Shown: positions 19,901 through 26,657 of the stretch, one piece after another
Layout: the number at the start of each line of letters is the position of its first letter
Numbering within the stretch: the stretch's first letter is position 1
Position numbers and translations under genes: made by a program
The notes under the pieces: model-generated
Told to the model about the DNA's origin: nothing
The model's input: the letters and a program-made list of their open reading frames with translations, nothing else
Databases searched by the model: none
DNA from: Chitinophaga sp.
GTDB taxonomy: Bacteria; Bacteroidota; Bacteroidia; Chitinophagales; Chitinophagaceae
Direction of reading: 5' to 3'
DNA length: 64,000 bases
Assembly: GCF_039596455.1 (NCBI RefSeq)
Contig: NZ_JBCNJR010000008.1
Span: 25,508-89,507 of the forward strand

Positions 19901-21094
19901 ATGTTACACATTCGCCACATACTCTTTTTGTTATTGATCTGCCTGGCCGCCATGCCTTCAACGGCGCAGCGGCTGAAAACGAATAAAAAGCTGCTGAGAA
20001 CGGTAGCGCAAAGCCAGCAGGCATCCGCGGCGCAGTACAAGCTGCTCATGCAGCAATTGCCGTTAGACCGCTTTCCCGTAACCTATTATGAAAAGACGCG
20101 CAAGCTGGTGACCAGCGGCTCAGAACCCTGGGTGGGCGGCTTTTACCCCGGCGCGCTGCTGTACCTGTACGAAGGCACCAAAGACACGGCGCTCTTCAAC
20201 GAAGCCATGCGCAAACTGGGCCCCATGGAAAAAGAACAGTTCAACAAAACCACGCACGATCTGGGTTTTATGATGTACTGCTCCTTCGGCAACGCCAAAC
20301 GCATTGCGCCCCGCCCGGAATATGACCAGGTACTGATCAACAGCGCCAGATCACTCTGCACCCGTTTCTCCGAAAAGGTAGGCTGCATCCGCTCCTGGGA
20401 TTCAGATGCCGCGCGCTTTATGGTGATCATAGACAACATGGTGAACCTGGAGCTGCTGTTTGCCGCCACCCGCCTCACCGGTGACTCAACGTATTACAAG
20501 GTGGCCGTTACCCACGCCAACACCACCATGCAGCATCACTTCCGGCCGGATTACAGCTCTCACCACCTGGTGATCTACAACCCCGCCACCGGCGCGGTGT
20601 CTAAAAAACAGACCGTGCAGGGCGCGTCTGACAGCTCCGCCTGGGCGCGGGGGCAAGCCTGGGGCCTGTATGGTTATACCGTGATGTACCGGGAAACAAA
20701 AGACAAAAAGTATCTCGATCAGGCCAATCATATTGCGCAGTTCATACTCCGGCATCCCAACCTGCCGGCAGACAAAATACCTTACTGGGACTTCAACGCA
20801 CCCGGCATTCCCAACGCGCCAAGAGACGTTTCAGCCGGCGCGGTGATCTGCTCCGCGCTTTTCGAACTCGCGAAATATGTAGATGGCCGCACCGCCCGCA
20901 CGTATTTCAAGGCAGCGGAGAGCATGCTGCAAGCCATGTGCTCACCTGCTTACCTGGCGGCTGCCGGTACCAATGGCGGTTTTCTGCTGATGCACGGGGT
21001 AGGCAACTACCCCCGTAATGCGGATATTGACGTGCCGTTGATCTATGCGGATTATTATTTTACAGAAGCTATGCGGCGGTACCAGCAGTGGTAA
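19901..21094 (+). CDS. GH88 unsaturated glucuronyl hydrolase (paralogue 2)
   Basis: ATG at 19901 after the GH2 stop gives a signal peptide; HDLGFMMYCS, VIIDNMVNLELLF, SAWARGQAW, DVPLIYADYYF. Confidence 0.92.
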   Translation: MLHIRHILFLLLICLAAMPSTAQRLKTNKKLLRTVAQSQQASAAQYKLLMQQLPLDRFPVTYYEKTRKLVTSGSEPWVGGFYPGALLYLYEGTKDTALFNEAMRKLGPMEKEQFNKTTHDLGFMMYCSFGNAKRIAPRPEYDQVLINSARSLCTRFSEKVGCIRSWDSDAARFMVIIDNMVNLELLFAATRLTGDSTYYKVAVTHANTTMQHHFRPDYSSHHLVIYNPATGAVSKKQTVQGASDSSAWARGQAWGLYGYTVMYRETKDKKYLDQANHIAQFILRHPNLPADKIPYWDFNAPGIPNAPRDVSAGAVICSALFELAKYVDGRTARTYFKAAESMLQAMCSPAYLAAAGTNGGFLLMHGVGNYPRNADIDVPLIYADYYFTEAMRRYQQW

Positions 21095-21112
21095 AATTGG
21101 GTTTACGTGGCT

Positions 21113-21144
21113 GGCTTGCGCCTGGCGGCACAGCGAGCCTTTTT
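21113..21144 (+). terminator. intrinsic terminator ending the PUL (possibly bidirectional)
   Basis: GGCTTGC...GCGAGCC stem followed by TTTTT, between convergent genes. Confidence 0.65.
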
Positions 21145-21554
21145 CACTGCCGGCTCATAACAGGCCTTAGCTCCCTGCCCATCTGGCTAAAGCGTTCATA
21201 AGTGGCCTGGCTGTTTTCTTTTTTATTAAGCTTGATGCGCAGCCTCCCCGGCTTCAGCAGGATGTAAAAAATAGCGCCGTTTTTCAGGGTGGTGGTGGCA
21301 TCCAGCTCAACATCCCGGAAGGAGAGGTTGGTGTATGGGCCCAGTTGCTCCTGCAGGTAGGCGCGCACCTTGTCAGTTTGCGCCCTGTTGTACTGTGCTT
21401 TTATTTCATACGTATTGTCCGAGTCCATTACGTGGTAGGAGAAATTACCGTCGTTAAAAAGATGGCCGCCCCAGCCGGTTTGCCTGCCGTAGATGTAAAG
21501 GGCGCCAAGAATGCAGAGCGCACCGAAAATGAATAATAGAAGATTTCTGTTCAT
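21144..21554 (-). CDS. hypothetical membrane-anchored protein
   Basis: 136 aa; N-terminal hydrophobic helix; last gene of the ECF operon. Confidence 0.7.
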   Translation of the reverse strand: MNRNLLLFIFGALCILGALYIYGRQTGWGGHLFNDGNFSYHVMDSDNTYEIKAQYNRAQTDKVRAYLQEQLGPYTNLSFRDVELDATTTLKNGAIFYILLKPGRLRIKLNKKENSQATYERFSQMGRELRPVMSRQ

Positions 21555-21558
21555 ACCG

Positions 21559-22704
21559 TTATAAATTTAGCCGTGCGCGGGTGGAGTCTGCCAGCCCGTC
21601 CTTATGCAGCATTACAGAAATGGATTTCAGCCTAATGTAAGGGATGCTCATGTAATAGTACCCGTCTTTCCCGCTGCGTACGCCCCATGAGTTTTTGACC
21701 TTGTAGTATATTTTCCCTGTCTGGTCTTGCACCTTTCCGGTGATGTGCATGTTGTGATCATCTGTGGTGTTGAAGTTCTCGAACTCCTGCTGCCGGTATG
21801 CCTGGGTCACATTTTTTTCCGGGGCCGGCTCCGTGAGTATCATTTCTTCATCTTCCTGCCGGTTTGCTACCACTGCCAGGCCGTCCGCAAAGCCATTTTC
21901 GGTGCCGTCCGTATCAAGCGCCAGGCTGTAGCCATTGGCCAGGGCATGGTCTATATTGGCCATATATTCATCCAGCGGGAGGTTATAAAAACTTTCGTTG
22001 AGGTGGTTGGCGGGGATGTTCAATATAAAGCGTTTATAAAAAGGCTCATGGGTAAAGGAGGTGATGGTCACATAATCTGATAACCGGAGGCCTGTGGCCG
22101 CCATAAAACTTTGCGGGGTATAGGTTTTGCCTTTCCAGGTGAACGTTTTTACGCCGGGCCCCAGGTATTTGTCAAGAATGGCGGGTACTTCCTCTTTCCA
22201 GGCGGTGGCGGGGCGCAGTTTTTTCTGCGCGTAGCCGTCTACCCGTTCTTTTAGTTCCTCAAAGAGGCGGTAGTGGTTGTGCACGGAATCTTTGCCCACC
22301 AGCCCGGTATATACGCTTTGCGGCACCATGCCAAATTCTGCGGCGCTGATCACGGGGTCATGGTTGAGGCCGCCTTCCGAAAACCGGGCCGCGCCCTGGC
22401 GCATGATGTAGTTGCGGGCTTTGTAAATGTATGCGCAGCGTACAAAGTACATTTCGGAGAGGTCTGTTTCCTGGCCGGTGATGCGGAGTATCTCTGTTTC
22501 GAGAAACGAGGTGGTGGAAAAGCACCAGCAGGTGCCGGAGCTTTGCTGATCTGCCACAGGGGTGGTAGGGATGTCTGACACCGGCCTGAACCGGTATTGG
22601 CTGGGCTTGCGCTCCTTTGCTTTTACGGGCTGGTGATGGCAGCCGGTAAAGGCATGCAGGCATAGCAGGGCGGCAGCCAGGAAAGGGAGAGAAGCCGTAT
22701 TCAT
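21559..22704 (-). CDS. C1 family cysteine aminopeptidase (PepC/bleomycin hydrolase-like), probable lipoprotein
   Basis: QQSSGTCWCFS nucleophile motif, DDHNMHITG, KVKNSWG; lipobox-like FTGC. Confidence 0.92.
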   Translation of the reverse strand: MNTASLPFLAAALLCLHAFTGCHHQPVKAKERKPSQYRFRPVSDIPTTPVADQQSSGTCWCFSTTSFLETEILRITGQETDLSEMYFVRCAYIYKARNYIMRQGAARFSEGGLNHDPVISAAEFGMVPQSVYTGLVGKDSVHNHYRLFEELKERVDGYAQKKLRPATAWKEEVPAILDKYLGPGVKTFTWKGKTYTPQSFMAATGLRLSDYVTITSFTHEPFYKRFILNIPANHLNESFYNLPLDEYMANIDHALANGYSLALDTDGTENGFADGLAVVANRQEDEEMILTEPAPEKNVTQAYRQQEFENFNTTDDHNMHITGKVQDQTGKIYYKVKNSWGVRSGKDGYYYMSIPYIRLKSISVMLHKDGLADSTRARLNL

Positions 22705-22708
22705 AGCG

Positions 22709-23143
22709 TTAAGTATCTGACCGTTTAATGAATTGAGCGTACAGCAGAAAGGCGGCCGCCACGCTGAAGGTCATGATCACCAGCGAGTGCATGCCCAGGG
22801 GCTGGAAGAACGTAATGAGCATCAGCCCGAACCCCACTCCTGACAGCACGGCAAACCACTTCAGCGCGGTATTGCGGGCGGCGGTATTGCCGGCGCGGAA
22901 GAAGCTGGACATCTCGCTGCCGGAAAACCCCCTGTCTACCATCCTGCTTTTTAACTGATGGTCCAGTACCAGTTTTACGATGGTGATAATGAATGTGCCC
23001 ACCAGGTACATGCACAGCACGATGGCGAAGATGCGGAAGGAAAGCTCCAGCACGCTGCCCATGGGGATGGGCCGGGTGAGGTCTTGCGCCTGCACTGCTG
23101 TGGCAGTTGTGAGGATGGCCGTTGTAATGGTTATCTTTTTCAT
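22709..23143 (-). CDS. hypothetical membrane protein (DUF6249-like)
   Basis: Signal peptide plus about 3 TM helices; LKW...GxG motif; in ECF operon. Confidence 0.6.
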   Translation of the reverse strand: MKKITITTAILTTATAVQAQDLTRPIPMGSVLELSFRIFAIVLCMYLVGTFIITIVKLVLDHQLKSRMVDRGFSGSEMSSFFRAGNTAARNTALKWFAVLSGVGFGLMLITFFQPLGMHSLVIMTFSVAAAFLLYAQFIKRSDT

Positions 23144-23173
23144 GATGTTATGGATTAGACAATGGCAGGTCAG

Positions 23174-23626
23174 TTAATGTTGCAGGATCTTGTGTATTTT
23201 TTTCCGATAGGATTGCAGCATGTCCAGCCCCTGCATGACCAGTATGGTCAGTATGGTAGTGGCGGCCAGCCCTGTCAGCATGGAAACGGCGCCGCTAAAG
23301 AGCTGTGCCACATCATGCCGGAAGAGGTAAAAAGCGGCCGCTGCGGGGAGCAGCAATGCCGCCAGCGCCACATACAGCACCAGGCCGGCTATGCGCCGCG
23401 CCGGGCGCAGGGCAGCAGGCTGGAGGCGCGCCATTACCAGCGCGTGGGCGTCGAAACTGAAGGAGGGGGCAGGCAGTTCCCGGAAGGCAGCCGCCATGTT
23501 GCGGTACATCTCCATTTTGGCGCGGCAGGCGGGGCACTGTTGCAGGTGCTCCTGTGCTCCCGGCTCAGTGCCGGCTTCCAGCGCGTATTGCTGGATAACA
23601 TCGTCAGAAAGGTGTTTCAATGTCAT
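23174..23626 (-). CDS. zinc-finger anti-sigma factor
   Basis: HLQQCPAC (HxxxCxxC) followed by two TM helices; overlaps the sigma stop. Confidence 0.85.
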   Translation of the reverse strand: MTLKHLSDDVIQQYALEAGTEPGAQEHLQQCPACRAKMEMYRNMAAAFRELPAPSFSFDAHALVMARLQPAALRPARRIAGLVLYVALAALLLPAAAAFYLFRHDVAQLFSGAVSMLTGLAATTILTILVMQGLDMLQSYRKKIHKILQH

Positions 23627-24192
23627 AGCTCTTCCTTTTTATACTGAAGCAATAAATGGTCACGCAGGGCCCTTCTGGCCCTGAATAAATAACTTTTTAC
23701 CGTACCGGCGGGGAGACCGGTGATCTGGGTAATTTCATCGTAGCTGCATTCCTGTTGATGGTAGAGGGAAATAATGGTTTGCTGAACAGGCGGAAGCCTT
23801 TCTATGGCGGCCTGCAGTATACCCGCCAGCTCCTTGCGTGACAGGAAAGCGGCAGGGGGCTCGGTGTCAGGCAATGCCGTTTCTCCCGAATCTCCCGGCA
23901 GCAGCAGCTTCTTTTTTTCCAAATAATTGATGCAGGTATGATACGCGATCTGTCCTACCCAGGTAGATAACTTTGACCGGAACCGGAAGCCGGGCAGGTG
24001 CTGGTAGGCCTTCAGGTAAATTTCCTGTACCAGGTCTTTCCGGTCTTCCACATGCTTCACCATTCTGCAGACGATCTGCGCCACCAGGGCCTCGGTGTTC
24101 CTGACAATGGCGCTAAAAGCCTGCGCATCACCACGCAGCACCTGGTTTACGAGGTGGTGGTCTGTTGGAGTATTTCCTGTTAAAGCATGCAC
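23623..24192 (-). CDS. ECF RNA polymerase sigma factor
   Basis: DLVQEIYLKAY, FRFRSKLSTWV, region-4 GTVKSYLFRAR. GTG at 24192 preferred over TTG 24219 because an ECF promoter overlaps the longer start. Confidence 0.92.
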   Translation of the reverse strand: MHALTGNTPTDHHLVNQVLRGDAQAFSAIVRNTEALVAQIVCRMVKHVEDRKDLVQEIYLKAYQHLPGFRFRSKLSTWVGQIAYHTCINYLEKKKLLLPGDSGETALPDTEPPAAFLSRKELAGILQAAIERLPPVQQTIISLYHQQECSYDEITQITGLPAGTVKSYLFRARRALRDHLLLQYKKEEL

Positions 24193-24200
24193 TGGGTGGA

Positions 24201-24229
24201 TTAGACAGGTGAGGGGCAAAAATGTTGCA
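24201..24229 (-). promoter_or_regulatory. putative autoregulatory ECF promoter TGCAAC-N17-GTCTAA
   Basis: Minus strand reads TGCAAC atttttgcccctcacct GTCTAA, 8 nt before the GTG start; same architecture recurs at 44751-44779. Confidence 0.65.
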
Positions 24230-24362
24230 CTAAATCTAAGGGATTTTCGGGAATAGGCGGGTTGTTATAAATTGGGTTTGGGCACCGGCAAGCCGGCGCC
24301 CTGAAACCCGTGTTCATGCTTACACTATATATAGTATTCTGGAAATTGCGGCTTTTGCAAGG

Positions 24363-26126
24363 TCAAAGCCTTGACTTGAACACCTCATTGTAGTAGGGCG
24401 CGGTGTAAAGGTCTACCTGAAAGTAGTGTTTACCATAGTTTATGGCATTGTGTTCCAGCCTGCTTTCATGGAACAGCACAAAATCAGCAGGGCGGTACTT
24501 GTTTAGCGCTTCGTTAGAAGCACGTTTTCCATCTATCCAAACCCCGTATTTGGAGGCATTTTTCCAGGCCGTTAGCTGACTGGCGGTGGGAGATATCTTA
24601 ACAGGCGGCGGGGGCGGGTTGCCCGTCATGTCTACATTTATTTTGAGTGCCGGCGCATTGAGACGCTGAGGGCCGTCCATCTTCCTATATATCTCGATCA
24701 TGCGGGCATGTGTTTTTCCGTCCAATTGGTACATATCACGACCGCTTTCCGTACGGATTTTTGTATTGACTTTTTTTGCCAGGGCTGCGTACTCATCCAG
24801 TTCTTCCTGAGACGCGCCTTTGCCGGGGGCAAGGGTGCGGCGGGTGATGACCGGCGGCGGGAAGGTGTCTCTGGCAGCGGTTTTTGCTTTGGGAGATGGA
24901 GTGAGGTTGACACGCTCGATCCTGGGAGGAGGGAAAGTATCTCTGGCAGCGGTTTTTGCTTTCGGAGACGGTGTGAAATTGATACGCTCGATCTTCGGGG
25001 GCGGTACTGCTTTTCTTTTTTGCTGCGCTTTAACAGGTAGCGTGTCTTGTGGGGCGACCGCAGTTTGTGCATTTACCGGCGGCTTTCCCGGGGCTGCCGC
25101 GGCAGCCAGCAGCAGCGCTGTGCCGGCCAGCGGAATAATGGCCAGTTGCCGGAGCAGGGCTGATGTACGGGTGGTGTGGGTAGTCATCATAAGAAACCTT
25201 TTTTTGATGGCGGCAAAATGAAGGCCGCTGGTGATGGGTATATATTGCGGGTTGGCCAGGGCATTGAACACCAGTTGCTGATAGTCTTGCAGCGAACAGT
25301 GACCCAGCGCCGCGCCATCTGCCAGAAACTCATGGTTGAGGCGGATGGCCTTTTTGTATAACCAAAGCACGGGGTTCCACCAGCAGCATACCAGCAACAG
25401 TTCTGCCAGCAGAATATCTATGCTGTGCAGCTCCCTGGCATGTGCATACTCATGTTGCAGCATGGGAGTGGGGATGGTAGTTGCATTGCCAACAAAAACG
25501 TACCGGAGGAAAGCGTAGGGCGCCACAGCTTCTCCTGTCTCTATTACCCAGGCTCTGTGGTAAGGTGTTTTTTTGCAGCCGCGTGTTTTTGCATATATGC
25601 GGTAGAGGTTGCGGATGAGGCGCAGCAGCAGCAAGGTGGTGAGGGCTATGTAGATGGCCGGCAACCAGCGGGCAGGTGTGCCGGTACTATAATAGGCTGC
25701 GTCTGCAGACATGCTTCCGGTATTTATGGTAGTATGGTTTCCGGCATTGGAATTCGGGAAATTTCCGGGACCTGTTTCAGCAGCTTTTGTATTTGTTCCC
25801 GTAGCGTTTGCCGTATTCGCTTTTGAAGAATTTTCTGCATTTGTTTCTGTCAGGCTTGCAGGATTTGCTTTTGCGAGGCTCCCGGTATTCGTTTCAGCAT
25901 CCGCCTTCATAAACCATCCCGCTACGCCGCTATATTCCGCCATTCTCTCCACCACGCCGCCCGCAGGCCCCTGCACCGTTACCAGCGGCGCCAGCAGCGG
26001 CAGCATCAGCGCAGCCAGCAGGTACGCCCTGGAAAACCGGTGCAGCCTGGCCCGCTCCAGCAGCAGCCGGTATACGAGCAGCAACAGGCCGGAGCAAATG
26101 ATCACTTTAAGAGCGTAGAGTATCAT
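24363..26126 (-). CDS. M56 family metallopeptidase (BlaR1/MecR1-like antirepressor) without a penicillin-binding domain
   Basis: N-terminal TM helices, HEYAH (HExxH), WWNP, NHEFLAD, IKKRF motifs; downstream of blaI. Confidence 0.92.
   Translation of the reverse strand: MILYALKVIICSGLLLLVYRLLLERARLHRFSRAYLLAALMLPLLAPLVTVQGPAGGVVERMAEYSGVAGWFMKADAETNTGSLAKANPASLTETNAENSSKANTANATGTNTKAAETGPGNFPNSNAGNHTTINTGSMSADAAYYSTGTPARWLPAIYIALTTLLLLRLIRNLYRIYAKTRGCKKTPYHRAWVIETGEAVAPYAFLRYVFVGNATTIPTPMLQHEYAHARELHSIDILLAELLLVCCWWNPVLWLYKKAIRLNHEFLADGAALGHCSLQDYQQLVFNALANPQYIPITSGLHFAAIKKRFLMMTTHTTRTSALLRQLAIIPLAGTALLLAAAAAPGKPPVNAQTAVAPQDTLPVKAQQKRKAVPPPKIERINFTPSPKAKTAARDTFPPPRIERVNLTPSPKAKTAARDTFPPPVITRRTLAPGKGASQEELDEYAALAKKVNTKIRTESGRDMYQLDGKTHARMIEIYRKMDGPQRLNAPALKINVDMTGNPPPPPVKISPTASQLTAWKNASKYGVWIDGKRASNEALNKYRPADFVLFHESRLEHNAINYGKHYFQVDLYTAPYYNEVFKSRL
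24846..25004 (-). repeat. in-frame 72-bp tandem repeat (24 aa; two copies plus a partial third)
   Basis: PPPKIERINFTPSPKAKTAARDTF / PPPRIERVNLTPSPKAKTAARDTF / PPPVI; DNA ctctggcagcggtttttgcttt recurs at 72-bp spacing. Confidence 0.9.
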
Positions 26127-26497
26127 TTCTTTTTCTTTTTAATTTCAGCGTCAATGATCTTCTTCAGCTCTTCCAGCTCACTTTTGGAAAGGTTGGCGGA
26201 CTGTGTGAAGAAAGAAGCGAACTGTGCCGCTGAATCGTTAAAAAAATCCCTGATAATACCGTTCACGTGGTTCGAAAAATAAACCTGCTTGTCTACCAGC
26301 GGATAGTATTGCCTTGAATTGCCATGCTGCGTATATGCCACAAAACCCTTTTCCTGCATGCGCTTCAGCAGGGTGGCCACCGTGGTGGAGGCGGGGCGCG
26401 GCTCCGGCAGGGCTTCTATCAGGTCTTTCATATACACCTTTCCCCGCTGCCAGATGTGCTCCATCAACTGTTCTTCCGCCTTTGACAATTGTACCAT
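26123..26497 (-). CDS. blaI: BlaI/MecI/CopY family repressor
   Basis: LSKAEEQLMEHIW, TTVATLLKRM, KGFV, YYPLV, ELEELKKII; overlaps the M56 start. Confidence 0.93.
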   Translation of the reverse strand: MVQLSKAEEQLMEHIWQRGKVYMKDLIEALPEPRPASTTVATLLKRMQEKGFVAYTQHGNSRQYYPLVDKQVYFSNHVNGIIRDFFNDSAAQFASFFTQSANLSKSELEELKKIIDAEIKKKKK

Positions 26498-26499
26498 GT

Positions 26500-26533
26500 T
26501 CTACGTGTTTAGAGTATGCTCTACAAATGTAGA
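26500..26533. promoter_or_regulatory. BlaI/CopY-type operator (TACA-N2-TGTA) plus degenerate second site
   Basis: TCTACAAATGTAGA at 26520-26533; TCTACGTGTTTAGA at 26500-26513, immediately upstream of blaI. Confidence 0.8.
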
Positions 26534-26657
26534 ATAAGTACTGGTACAGCCAAATTAATTTTCCGGCATATTTTCAGGAAAGGCATTAATCCCTGCAGCC
26601 CATTCGTCATTTATCATTATTTTGATCCGTGGAATAAAAACATCAAAGCAACAGCTT

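Noticed and set aside
24271-24335. GC-rich hairpin GGGCACCGGC-AA-GCCGGCGCCC and palindrome ACTATATATAGT between M56 and the ECF promoter
   Set aside because: No clear U-tract and no second copy in the window; may be a terminator, but cannot be supported as a REP element or ncRNA.
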